This document shows, in pieces, positions 35,482-47,990 of a DNA stretch of 63,109 bases; the first letter of the stretch is position 1; each line of letters starts with the position of its first letter. Position numbers and translations under genes: made by a program. The notes beneath the pieces are model-generated. The model was not told where the DNA came from and did no database searches. It saw only the letters and a list, made by a program, of their open reading frames with translations. This DNA is from Octopus bimaculoides (lineage: Eukaryota): NCBI RefSeq assembly GCF_001194135.2, contig NC_068981.1, forward strand, positions 37,242,804-37,305,912, given 5' to 3'.

Positions 35482-36790
35482 TACTACTACTACTACTACT
35501 ACTACTACTACAAATATCATCTGCTTCTCAGAGCTCTCTATCTTACTTGCTCTGGTTAATTCTGTGAAAGTGGACAGATTCCTGATGTCAAATGCCTCAC
35601 AGGGTCTCTTTCCACAAGTTATAAGACTTGCTACTTAGGTGCCAAGTTTTATGGAAGATACTCAACACCGAAGCGACAATCTCAAAATTCTTGCTGTCCC
35701 TAGTAGAGCAATTTTTTGAGGCCTACTCTGCTCTCATGTCAATTCCAATTTCACTGAGACATGTCTCTAACTTCGTCGTTAGTGCTCCGAATGCACCTAC
35801 AACTAGTGGGATAACAGTTACTCTCTTTATTGCCCAGGTTCTGGTAATTTCTTTTCTACTTTAGGCACAAAGCCCGAAATTTTTGGAGAGTGGGAGGGGG
35901 CAGTCGATTAGATCGACTCTAGTATGCAACTGGTACTCAATTTATCGACCCTGAAAGGATGAAAGGCAAAGTCGACCTCGGCGGAATTTGAACTCAGAAC
36001 GTAAAGACAGACGAAATACCGCTAAATATTTCGCCCAGTGTGCTAATGTTTCTTATTTCTTTATTGCCCCCAAGGGGCTAAACATAGAGTGGGACAGACA
36101 AGGACAGACAAAGGGATTAAGTCGATTACATCGACACCAGTGCGTAACTGGTACTTAAATTATCGACCCCGAAAGGATGAAAGGCACAGTCGACCTCGGC
36201 GGAATTTGAACTCAGAACGTAACGGCAGACGAAATACCGCTAAGCATTTCGCCCGGCGCGCTAACGTTTCTGCCAGCTCGCCACCTTCATTCTGGTAATT
36301 TCGTCTTTCAGTAACTCGTTTTTTGCCACCTTTTCCATCCCTTTGTCACCTACGTATGCATCCCCAAGTATAGCAATATCTATAATCTTGGTTTCTTCTT
36401 TTCTTTTATCTACCACAACAATGTCTGGTCTTCGAGCATCAGTTTGAGAGTCATATAGGATTGTGAAATTCCGAAAGATCTTTTATTCATTATTCCCAGT
36501 GACGCTTTCTGGTTCATATTCGTACCATTTTCGTGTTCTTCCCAGACCATACTTTTCACACAGTCTTCAGTGAACAAACTTAGCCACGTTATCGCGCCTC
36601 CTTTTGAGCCAGTTTGTTGCCCTCACTCACAACATGTGACATTGTTTCATTTTTACTGCGACACATCCTACAAATGGGTAATTCACATCTCTTATCTATT
36701 TGGAACTTGGCGTAATTAGTTACCAGAACTTGTTCCTGGGCCTCAGTGCATCCCTTCAGATTACTTTTTCTAAGCCTATTAGTATCATCT
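35482..36790 (-). pseudogene. R4/Dong-like LINE 3' portion (CCHC knuckle, RLE, 3'UTR, (TAG)n tail), interrupted by a SINE dimer
   Basis: LRKSNLKGCTEAQEQVLVTNY...CRMCRSKNETMSHVVSE...RKWYEYEPESV...RRPDIVVVDKRKEETKIIDIAILGD...EITR | TWAIKRVTVIPLVVGAFG...IALLGTARILR. Ends in (TAG)10 (plus strand (TAC)n, 35482-35511). Confidence 0.9.
35852..36289 (-). mobile_element. Nested or dimeric SINE family A with 13-bp TSD
   Basis: TTCTGGTAATTTC at 35839-35851 and 36290-36302. Two SINE bodies with different tails share one 5' terminus. Confidence 0.9.
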
Positions 36791-36930
36791 GAGTTCAAAT
36801 TCCGCCGAGGTCAACTTTGCCTGTCATCCTTTCGGAGTCGATAAATTAAGTACCAATGGATTACTGGTGTCAATGTAACCGACTTAACCCCTCCCCCAAA
36901 ATTCCAGACCTTGTGCCTATAGTGGAATGG

Positions 36931-36977
<47 letters not shown>
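36788..36977 (+). mobile_element. SINE family A (5'-truncated) plus (ATT)n
   Basis: CTGAGTTCAAATTCCGCCGAGGTCAACTTTGCCTGTCATCCTTTCGGAGTCGATAAATTAAGTACC... Confidence 0.85.
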
Positions 36978-37097
36978 GCTCGAGGAAAAATACTTTTGTC
37001 TGATGGAATGTTAAAATGTTATTGAAGGTCAATGTTTACTACTACTACCACTAATAATAATAATAATAGTAACAACAACAACAACAATAATAATAAC

Positions 37098-37297
37098 AAT
37101 CCTTTCTACTATAGGTACAAGGCCTGAAATTTAGGGGCAGGGATATTCGATTACATCGACCCTAGTACACAACTTTCGACCCCGAAAGAATAAAGGGTAA
37201 AGTCGACCTCGGAGGAATTTGAACTCAGAACGTAACGACGGACGAAATATCGCTAAGCATTTCGTCCAGCGCGCTAACGATTCTGCCAGCTCACCCC
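37098..37297 (-). mobile_element. SINE family A, near full length, within an (AAT/AAC)n tract
   Basis: Reversed tail AATCCTTTCTACTATAGG through head CGATTCTGCCAGCTCACC. Confidence 0.9.
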
Positions 37298-37332
<35 letters not shown>

Positions 37333-37829
37333 AACAACAACAACAATAATAATAATAATAATAATCTATGTATACATGTATGTATGCACAGATGCTGTGA
37401 AGAGATAAAATTCTTGCTTAATTTTGGGAGAACATTATTAAATTTTTTGACATGTGTATTTGCAAATGTGTATGACGATTTTGAAATTTCTTATAACGAT
37501 TATTTGGGAAAAGATTACAAAAAAAAAAAAAACAGAACCAATGAATATTATGGTTCTTTGTATTCGTATCAGAGAAGATCATATTTGGATATATTGTAAG
37601 GAATATGGATTACTGAATAATTCAAAAGCGATTAATGTATTAGGGTCTTTCAAATAACAATGTAACGAATAATATAAAATATGTGTGAGTGTAGAAGAAA
37701 AATTATAAAATGATCAATGAGATAAGAGGTTAAGGACATTCGTTATCCTTGTTAGATATAACCCCATTTTGTATTTGATATTGAATAGTATATATGATTA
37801 TATAGAGTCAAAATTAAGTTATTGTTTTA

Positions 37830-39400
37830 CAAACGCACGTGTTTTCTCTCGTGGCTGCTGTTATTTTCAGAGAGATAATCATTTTTTCATAATATTTGGC
37901 AAGGTTAATATGTAAAAAGGGGAAAAAAATCATAGAATTCAATTATTTAAGTTTTTGTTTACTCATTACAAAGTTCTTAAAATTTCTAGTTGGTAGTAAT
38001 CGTATATGGTACTATTTTATTCTTTTTAGAAATCGTCATCATGATATAACCGGTGACGTATTAATTGAACGTGTTATGAAGTAAGACATTTCATTAAAAA
38101 TGGAAATAATTACAATCTGGTGGGTATTCAAGGAATATGAGCGTGTTTTTTTCTTTTCTTCATAGAGTGTTAGTAGAGTTTAGCAATCGAGAGAATAGAA
38201 AGTTCTTAGTAGATACATACAGAATAACTATTCCCAAGGAATTCTGCCTTGTGAAAGAGTTTTAAAGTAGTCAATGACTTCAGTTTTAACCGCAGAAATT
38301 TCACAAGCCATTTTCGATGCAACCTTTGAGGTATAAGTATTGGTTTCAAGCTGATATTTCATATTATTATCCCTTCGTTATATAGTGGAACAGGATTCTA
38401 TTCGTAAACATAACGCCTTGACGGTCATCTACAAGTTAAACAAATTTTTCTAAGATCACAGCTAGAGTTTTTCAAACACATGACTTCCCCTAGTGGTCGC
38501 AGATTTTATAAGAAAGGTTACATATTTTGTACATTCAAGTGGAAAGTAGTTCAGAACGTGTGTTATGTAAAGGGATATTACATATCAAAATTTCAAAATT
38601 TTGAGGTACAAAATATGTTTGATTTGATAAAATTATCATATTGTTTTGCAACGTACATTAATTTCCATTTTATTTCAAAGTTTATATCATTTTTCGTAAG
38701 ACTCCAGATAAACTTTGATAAACTCAGTAGTCCTCACAAAACAAATCAGTAATTTTGCAGTTTGATTTTTCTTTCTTTCTCTCGGTGCCCGCATGCATCC
38801 CATTTCAAAACTAAATAAATTGTTTCGTGATGTTTGGTAGTCCTGCAGATATATGTGTCTAAAGATTGCTTTATTTAAGAACGATTTTATTTTTTATGCA
38901 TTAACTTTAAAATTCTACCTGTGTACAATAATGTGTTTCAATTAGTACAACTTTTTTTATTCATGGAATTAAGGATTTCTGACCATTTCTTCACTCAGCC
39001 TGATCAAATGAGCAGCACGTAAATAATAATCTCTAGAGTGAGTTGAACGCAAGTTGGTCGGTAAAATCATTGCTTGTTTTGGTATTTAAAAAAAAGTATT
39101 AAGCGAATAATCTGCAAAAGTATGCACTTTTTATTACTATAATATTTGTATTTTCTACAAAAATTCTAAAACACCATTTCTTAAAAATTACTATAAGTTA
39201 AAGTTATTGGCAATTTAGATACATCTATCTGCAGGACTAATAATGAAACCAAAGCATTTAAGTTAAAATATAAATAACAATTATTTTCAACTAAATCAGG
39301 AATAATGCTCTTATGTCAACCATTATCGAACAATTAAATCAGAAATAGCATTCATGATCCGGTGAGGAAAATACGGAGAAATTCTTCATTTAATAAACGA
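37830..39400. promoter_or_regulatory. CpG-retaining, repeat-free block (possible promoter or unmethylated region)
   Basis: About 30 CpGs in 1.6 kb by eye, versus about a dozen in 3.8 kb at 23000-26800. No recognisable transposon. The promoter role is an inference only. Confidence 0.3.
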
Positions 39401-41835
39401 GGAAAGAAATTAGTCAGGAATGCAGATTTAGGTAGATTTTAGGATAACAGATAAAAAATAAGAAAAGAACTTTATTAATTTTAAATGAAAATAAAAGAGA
39501 AAGATGGAAAAATAGAAAGAGAAAACAGTTTAGGAGCGGTAGATGAGAGGGATAAACTAAGTCATTTGTGCAAATGTTCACAGTGAGTAGATATATTGAC
39601 TTGTCTATATGAGAAGTCTGGGAAATGAAGAGAGAAGGTAATTTAGAAACATACCCAGAGAATTAAATACTCTGCTGAGATTTTTACGCTAATGAATACA
39701 GAAAAGAATCAGGGAAATGTTCTCAAGTAAATGTATAATAAAGTTCTAGCGTAAATAATTATTAAACAATTAATCAAGAGAAATTTTCTTAGGTTAACAT
39801 ATAATTATGAGGAAAGAACTGTAATCAAGATTTACATTTTTAAAATACTTTCTGATGTTATTTTCTTATTCTAAAGAATGAAGTATGGTAAAAAGCATTT
39901 GTTAATAATGATAATGAGGTTAATATAGAAGAAGAACAATCAGTTAAAAATTAAATTAATGAGCAATCACGTTCTTAAATTAATAGTTATTAAGAAATTA
40001 AATATTGTCTAACGTTAGAGGAGTAAGGCATGATAAAATTCTTTGTTAAAATTATAAAGAAGTTAATGAATGAAGAACAATCAGGAAAAAAGCTCTTAAG
40101 TTAATAAGTAGAACTTTCTTAACTTGATAATTAAGCAATTAATTCAAAGAAATATTCATCTATAATAAACAAGAATTGTAATCATAATAAAGGGCCCAAG
40201 GATAGATGAATATGGGTAAGTTATCCATAGGAAAGTAGAATTCTCAAAGAAATGTACACAGAAATTTAAATTCTGGGTTGTATTATGGGTATATTTTTAT
40301 AAGGGTGTTGAATAAAGAACATACAGGAAAATTTAATATCTAAAGAATTTTCTTAACCTGGCCATTCTTAGGTGATGACATGGAAGAAAATATTTAAGTT
40401 TACATATGATATATGGTAAAAGAGTTTAAATTAAAAAGAAGTTCAAATATGAAACAAATAAGACTTGATAAAACATTTGCTTTTCAAGATTATCAGGAGT
40501 AGTCATTTCAAAATTAGAATATCTTGGGAATCTTCTACATCTGCTTTTTTCTGCTCATTTTCATTCCAACAATGTTGCCCTTTTGTGTGCTTGTTGCACC
40601 ATAGGAAAAGCAGAGCAAGATATACACTTGCACAGAGACTGACTGCTTGACTGTTTTTCCATGCATTTCTCTCGCCTATATTCATTTGATAATTCAAACT
40701 ATTATGGTAACAAAGGAAATTCAGCTGAACACTCAATCACAGCACACCTTCTATTCAAACATAGACGATATTTGAGATACCAGTTTGAAAGCAATGTATG
40801 TGGAGTCTTGATCTTCAGGCACATAAACAAATACACATAATGGTTGAAACTAATAGAAAAACTTTTATGATATATTCTAGCTCTGATCATCTGATCCAGA
40901 CTCTAGAAAGAAAATAGTAAATTAAATATCAGCTAGTCTTATTTTATTCTAAACTAAATGACAACTTTACAATTTTATTCCAACATTTCTTTTCTGATGA
41001 TAAAGTAAAATTTCCCCCTCCTTCTTCATCTTCAATGATATGATCTACCTCCATCAACTACACTGAACACACAGTATGTTGAAGAATGACTCTCTGCAAA
41101 TTGAGAGCTTATTGAATACTTAATCAGTTATTCCATCGTAGAAGAGCCTTGTACCACTTTAAATCATTTATTGGTTTCTAACACTTTGATAAAAAAATGC
41201 ATTCCACATATTTCTATCCCCTACAAAAGGTGAACGAAACAACTGCCATGTTGATTAAGTTTTACTCAAACTTAGACGTGACTTGAGATATGAATATGAA
41301 AACCATGCTTTTACCTTTCAGGAGCAGAAAGCAGAAAATTATTCCAAGTGAAATGATCGAACTTTTCACACATATATATAAAAATTTATAATAAATTTTA
41401 CTCTCATAAGTAAATGTTCTTTTGTTTGGCGTCATATATACATATATGTGTGTACACACACATATATATATATACATACACACACACATATATATATATA
41501 TAAAGCTAATAACAGAAAACGGAGAAGAAGAAAAATGATAAAAGATGCTTGGTTCATTTTATTTGTATCACAATGGAAACATAATCCAAAGTAATGCAAT
41601 CTCTTTGATAAAGCCAGTTGGATCTAGATTGTTATTAACAATTCCTTACGGTGGAATTGCATCCTCAAATTGTGAGTATATATATATATATATATATATA
41701 TATNNNNNNNNNNNNNNNNNNNNNNNNNNNNNNNNNNNNNNNNNNNNNNNNNNNNNNNNNNNNNNNNNNNNNNNNNNNNNNNNNNNNNNNNNNNNNNNNN
41801 NNNNNNNNNATATATATAAGAGCACTCTGTCAGAT

Positions 41836-42142
41836 ATGACAATGAGGGTCCCAGCTGATACGATCAATGCAACAGCTTACTCATGAAGTTAACATGTAAG
41901 TGGCTGAGCACTCCACAGACACATGTACACTTACATAGTTCTCAGGGAGATTCAGCATGAGGCAGAATGTGACAAGGCCGGCCCTTTGAAATACAGGTAC
42001 TGCTAATTTTTTCCAGCTGAGTGGACTGGAGCAACATGAAATAAAGTGTCTTACTCAAAGACACAATGCATTGCTTGGGAATTGAACTTATGACTTTATG
42101 ATTGTGAGCTGAATGCCCTAACCACTAAGCCATGCGCCTTCA
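41836..42142 (-). mobile_element. tRNA-derived SINE family C (TTGAGYAAGACACTT...CTCCAGTCCACTCAGCTG core)
   Basis: Minus head GAAGGCGCATGGCTTAGTGGTTAGGGCATTCAGCTCAC...AGTTCAATTCCC, a Meta/CORE-like core and a long tail. Confidence 0.8.
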
Positions 42143-42269
42143 CACACACACATGCACACACACACACACGTACACACACACACACCCCATACACACACAC
42201 ATATATATATATATGGGTGAGTTTGTTTGTATTTGTATTTGTGTATGCCTTTGTCTTGACATCACATGG

Positions 42270-42465
42270 TGTATGTAAATGAACACCACCATCGTACAAA
42301 TGATGTATTTCCAATCTTCCATGAACAACATGTCTGGCCATAGAGAAATATTACCTTGTTTTTGAACAGGTGAGAGTTGATGACAAGACAAAAGGTCGCT
42401 ACCTGTAGAATATTTGTCTCAACAAATTTTGTCTGACTTATACAAATATGAAAAAGTGACCATTA
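42270..42465 (+). mobile_element. Old RTE-derived non-autonomous fragment
   Basis: GGTGAGAGTTGATGACAAGACAAAAGG...GTAGAATATTTGTCTCAACAAATTTTGTCTGAC...GAAAAAGTGACCATTA, a degenerate variant of the family tail. Confidence 0.45.
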
Positions 42466-42489
42466 TGCGATGAAGAGGAGGATGTTGTT

Positions 42490-42680
42490 CGTTGACCAAA
42501 CACCATTCAATTTTTTTTCTCCGTGTTTTTCTCCTTGTTTTCTCCATATTCTTTCTGTTGAAGAGCATAGCTCGAAACGTTAAAGACTTTCTGTATTCCC
42601 GAGTGTCAAACTAATACATCCTTTTGTTGTTTACACCACCTGTCCTCGTCTGTTGTTGTTTTTTTTTCATACATTCTCCT
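42490..42680 (+). mobile_element. Penelope pLTR-like fragment with hammerhead motif at 42550-42586
   Basis: TCTTT-CTGTTGA-A-GAG CATAG CTC-GAAA-CGT-T-AAAGA fits the minimal Penelope-type template CTGATGAA(GGG)..(CCC)GAAACGT except A6 to U. Pyrimidine-rich flanks. Confidence 0.55.
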
Positions 42681-42729
42681 ATATATATATATATATATAG
42701 ATAGATAGATAGATAGATAGACAGATACA

Positions 42730-42890
42730 CTCTTAGAGTGGTTGATGTTAGGAAGGGCATCCAGCCATAGAAATCATGCCAAAACAGACTGGAGTCTGGT
42801 GCAGCTTTCCAGCTTGCCAGAAGACAAACCGTCCTACCCATACTAGCGTGGACAACGGGCATTAAATGATGATGATGATAATGATAGATA
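42730..42890 (+). mobile_element. RTE-derived non-autonomous element, 3' part
   Basis: GAGTGGTTGATGTTAGGAAGGGCATCCAGCCATAGAAA...CCCATACTAGCGTGGACAACGGGCATTAAATGATGATG. Confidence 0.75.
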
Positions 42891-43411
42891 GAGAGATACT
42901 TACTCACATATACAGTCAAATATATAAATAAGCAGTAACTATATAATATAAAATAATAAAAGTTAAACATTACCAAAGTACACATGCATAAAGAGACATA
43001 AATGTACGTCTCTGCTTTATATCAAACCAATTTGTACATCATTTTAGCATAACTGGCTTACCTTCTATCTATCAATTTATCATTTTTAATAAATTGTTGT
43101 CATCCGTTAATATGTTAATATGTGAGAAATTACCCCAGCGGACTGCTACAAAAATGCAGGAGCAATATTGCATGTAACTATCTAGGCCACATTTTTTTCT
43201 CCTTGTTCCCCTCATTAGAATGTCCCATCATTCTTTTATATATTTTGCATATTTCCTTCAATAGATTCTAATATGTAGCATGCACACAAGCACATACATG
43301 CATATACATCATATATACCATGACACAAGCACACACACATATGCATATGCATCCATACATACGTACATATATATGTGTGTGTATATGATTATAAATATAT
43401 AGATATATAGG

Positions 43412-43445
<34 letters not shown>

Positions 43446-43455
43446 NNNNNNNNNN

Positions 43456-43499
<44 letters not shown>

Positions 43500-44139
43500 A
43501 CACATACATACATGCATTTATATATAATACTATACTCACACATACATGCATGCACATAAGTGTTTCTATATATGTGTGTATATATGTATCAGTTTCTGTT
43601 TTTTTACTTCAGTCTTTTTTAAACTGCCACTCATCCTCATTCATGCCATCTTATTGCACACAGTATTACCACTGCTATATTTCACATATCCATTTAAAGA
43701 CATTGTGTTAGTGCTACACATATACTTCCTCCTTATCATTGATTTTTTTCCTGTTCTGCTGCAGAAGTCCCCTAGTTCCACCATTGTTTGTTAGTTTGAG
43801 AATTTATCTCTTTCTGTCCTTCATTTCCTTTATTTTTTTTCTTCTTATATAGTTGGGAGATGTTTTGTTTTTCATTGTTGTATTTTTATTATTATTGCTA
43901 GAAAATTTTTTGTTGCTGATTTCTTTCCTTACCATGATTCTCCACTAGTTCATTCTTTAGGGCTTATTATCCACACAGGTCCATGCTATTGTTGAGATTG
44001 CAACATATATTAAGGGGTGCCACCTGCAGTATAATCTCATCTCTTACACAGAAAAAATAGTAGGATGTGCATTTGTATATCTGGATAGTTATCTATCTTT
44101 CTTTATTTCCCATTCTCTGATACACTCTGTGACACCCAC

Positions 44140-44153
44140 TCTCTCTCTCTCTC

Positions 44154-44197
<44 letters not shown>

Positions 44198-44420
44198 TAC
44201 TTATGTATATGTGTGTGTGTGTGTAAGAATATATACATGTATATTTATGTATACACACACATGCAAATACATATGCACAAATACATACACATACATATGA
44301 TATACAAAAACTGGTCGACATTTTAGGTTCAGTAATGTATACATGTATATACACATATACATATATATGTGTGCGTGTTTGTGTGTGTGTATACATACAT
44401 ACATACATGCATATATATAT

Positions 44421-44507
<87 letters not shown>

Positions 44508-44817
44508 NNNNNNNNNNNNNNNNNNNNNNNNNNNNNNNNNNNNNNNNNNNNNNNNNNNNNNNNNNNNNNNNNNNNNNNNNNNNNNNNNNNNNNNNNNNNN
44601 NNNNNNNNNNNNNNNNNNNNNNNNNNNNNNNNNNNNNNNNNNNNNNNNNNNNNNNNNNNNNNNNNNNNNNNNNNNNNNNNNNNNNNNNNNNNNNNNNNNN
44701 NNNNNNNNNNNNNNNNNNNNNNNNNNNNNNNNNNNNNNNNNNNNNNNNNNNNNNNNNNNNNNNNNNNNNNNNNNNNNNNNNNNNNNNNNNNNNNNNNNNN
44801 NNNNNNNNNNNNNNNNN

Positions 44818-44860
<43 letters not shown>

Positions 44861-45285
44861 ATGTATATGGATATGGTTGTGTGTATGTGTGTGTGTGTAT
44901 AAGTATGTATATATATCCTTTCATTCAAGCACGCATGGGCCGATACTACAAATATTTCTGAAAGTGAAATATATAATCCAGGCTCTTGGTGATTTTGACA
45001 ATATTTATATTTTCTGGCTAGCTTTTCAGCCTGAGAAAAGCTGTCTTTATTAGCTGGTCATTCTTGTTGTTTCCTTAATGTCTCCATAGGATCAACCTAT
45101 CACACCGATATAAATAACAATAACAATCATAGAATTTTCTGAGATACCACATTTGCAATGAATATCACGTTAATTTTTGTTGGCAAAATGAGAAACAGTC
45201 TTTTGTGAAGAAGGACAATGACATACACTGGAATAGAATATAGATTTTAGGTGGATGCAGATGTTTCATATATACACATATACAA

Positions 45286-45316
<31 letters not shown>

Positions 45317-45666
45317 NNNNNNNNNNNNNNNNNNNNNNNNNNNNNNNNNNNNNNNNNNNNNNNNNNNNNNNNNNNNNNNNNNNNNNNNNNNNNNNNNNNN
45401 NNNNNNNNNNNNNNNNNNNNNNNNNNNNNNNNNNNNNNNNNNNNNNNNNNNNNNNNNNNNNNNNNNNNNNNNNNNNNNNNNNNNNNNNNNNNNNNNNNNN
45501 NNNNNNNNNNNNNNNNNNNNNNNNNNNNNNNNNNNNNNNNNNNNNNNNNNNNNNNNNNNNNNNNNNNNNNNNNNNNNNNNNNNNNNNNNNNNNNNNNNNN
45601 NNNNNNNNNNNNNNNNNNNNNNNNNNNNNNNNNNNNNNNNNNNNNNNNNNNNNNNNNNNNNNNNNN
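44140..45666. repeat. (TA)/(CA) microsatellites and two gaps (N 44508-44817, 45317-45666)
   Basis: Seen directly. Explains ORFs 44103-45770. Confidence 0.9.
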
Positions 45667-45895
45667 TTTTACTTTTATTTAAAAAAAAATTTTTAGTAGT
45701 TATTTATTTATTTATTTTTTTTCAATTTTTCTTTGTTTGTTTGTTGGTTTTAGTGGCTTTCTTGAGGTGAAACTGCTGTGAAAATTAAAAACTATAAATT
45801 ACTGGAAGAAGTTTGTTCAAATGTATGTGTTTCTCTTTAAATGAATTTATGTCTGAGATTGTGTGTGAAAGAGAAAGAGAGGTAGAGAGACAAAG

Positions 45896-45942
<47 letters not shown>

Positions 45943-46099
45943 ATGAGAGAGAGAAAGAGAGAGAGAGAGAGAAAAAGAGTTTCAGTTTCACAGTGCACAT
46001 GATTGATGAGTGTGTGTGTTGTGAAACCATAACTTTAATAAAATCAGCTCAGTGATTTCATTTATATCCATCATATTTTCCATATTGGAGTGCTAAAAT

Positions 46100-46450
46100 A
46101 ATGAGTTATGGTAACACACTCTAAATGATACAGAAAGAAGAAGCAACACTGTCTTGTTGACACAAAATGCAATGATAACTCCAGCAAACTGACAAGGAAA
46201 TTGATAATGGCATATTTGATACAAAAAGAAATGGTATTGCAAGAGAGCTAGAACAAAAAGTTGTGTCAAATATTTTCAGATGGAATATAATGCTGCAGAT
46301 ACATTGACCAATAGAGAAACACAAGTATTGTAATAGTATCTATCTGATATATATAGAAAATAATAAAACTCTGTTTGTTTGATACATGGAATTGTGATAG
46401 ATTTACTCAACTGACAGAACAGCATTTAAACACTAAGGAGATGTCTTATG
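46100..46450 (+). pseudogene. Possible very old R4/Dong-like fragment
   Basis: Traces such as KKWYCKRARTKSC and SNIFRWNIMLQ resemble the KWY.../ILWD region. Weak. Confidence 0.25.
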
Positions 46451-47429
46451 AAATTCTCAATGTAGTCATACAGAGCTGTGAAAAACCGAAAATCTAATCT
46501 AGAGAATTCTGTGAACATCATCATGTTGAAGCAAAGAATATAATAATAATAAGTTTATTGTATACAGTGCTCAGGTGAACTATAATTCATCAGAAAAGGG
46601 TAAAAGAGGGAACAGGAAGAGCAATAATACAAGTAAAGATAGACAGCAATGATTCCAACAGTGCATGCACAGTGTACAGAATAAAGCACAAAAAGGCAAC
46701 AAAAAAAAAAAAAGAAAATAAACAGTAAAAGAGCCATAAAAGGAATGCTTGCATATCAGAAGTAATGTTAAAGAATTTTGGGAAGCATGGAATTTTTGAA
46801 AGTTACATTGAATTAGCTGTAAGTTGAAACATAAAGAAAACATAATCTCAAAACCTGTTACAGTGAAAACTATAACATAGTTGTGATAACATGGCAGAAC
46901 TAATATAAAACAATTTACTAACAACAGTAAGACTTGCATACTAAAACACTAAAAGTTCTGCCACTCATCACTCTGCTTATTTTATCACTATTACAAAAGC
47001 TTATGGTCTTCCTGAATTTGCTTGCTGCACAACAGCTCCTTCTGTCACCTACACTGCCTTGCAAACCAGGTTCAAGCACCTACTACTTTCGCTGATCTTT
47101 TCTTCTAATGGCATCATCTCTATGGAATTGCTATTCTGTCCATTTAATTATCTTGTGAACATAGGGCTAGCTTGCACAAGCTGAACATCAATTGCATCAA
47201 TCACCCCAATCTCAGAAAGACAGTAGGAAAGACAGCAAGATGCCATGTGAAAGTGGCATGCTTGATAAGCAGAAAAAATGGAAGTAGGAGAATTCCATGT
47301 TATGTCCCTATTTAAATTATGGTTGTACAGGAGAGGCAATGTGATCACAAACAGGCTGGCTAACATGGAATAAAGTCTTTATGTGTGGTAGAAGCAAAGG
47401 AGTAATTAACAATAAAAGCATTCTTGAAA

Positions 47430-47595
47430 TAAAATTTTTCAAATTCTCAGAAGGTCCCACTGAAGTAGGTGATAGCCTTTCTTACATAGGTTATGTTATT
47501 AGTAGTGAAAGAAGATAGTCCAAACATAGTAACAAGAGTAGGAATGAGGTGCCAAAAGTTCAGGGAGCTATTACTTTAGCTAGCTACAAAAGGAT

Positions 47596-47634
<39 letters not shown>

Positions 47635-47990
47635 TTTTTCTCTCCCTTTGAAAGAAGGGTAGCTTATATGATGCATATGAAAGATATTGCATAATGGTGA
47701 ATCATGGGAATTATATGTTGAAGATATGTCAGGGTTGGAAAAAATGAGGTAAATATGCTACACTGGATATGCTATATTAATAGGTATGAAAACAGTTGAA
47801 ATACACTGACAGAAAACTGGGTTTTACTTGGAATCAGAAAAAATATGCATGTGAAAAGGCAAGGCCAAGCATTCCAAGATGAAGGATTATGTGGGGAAAG
47901 AAAGTCTGACAGAGTGGTGTAGAAAGAAGTAATAAAGACAGATTTCATGAAAGAGATGACGCAAATGTAGTGGTCAGACACTGAGTCAAT
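47430..47990 (+). pseudogene. RTE LINE 3' remnant, very decayed
   Basis: EVGDSLSYIGYVISS, KFRELL...LATKGL, LYDAY, NEVNMLHWIC match the RTE C-terminal region. An internal (CT)n expansion sits at the GLSL codons. Confidence 0.55.
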
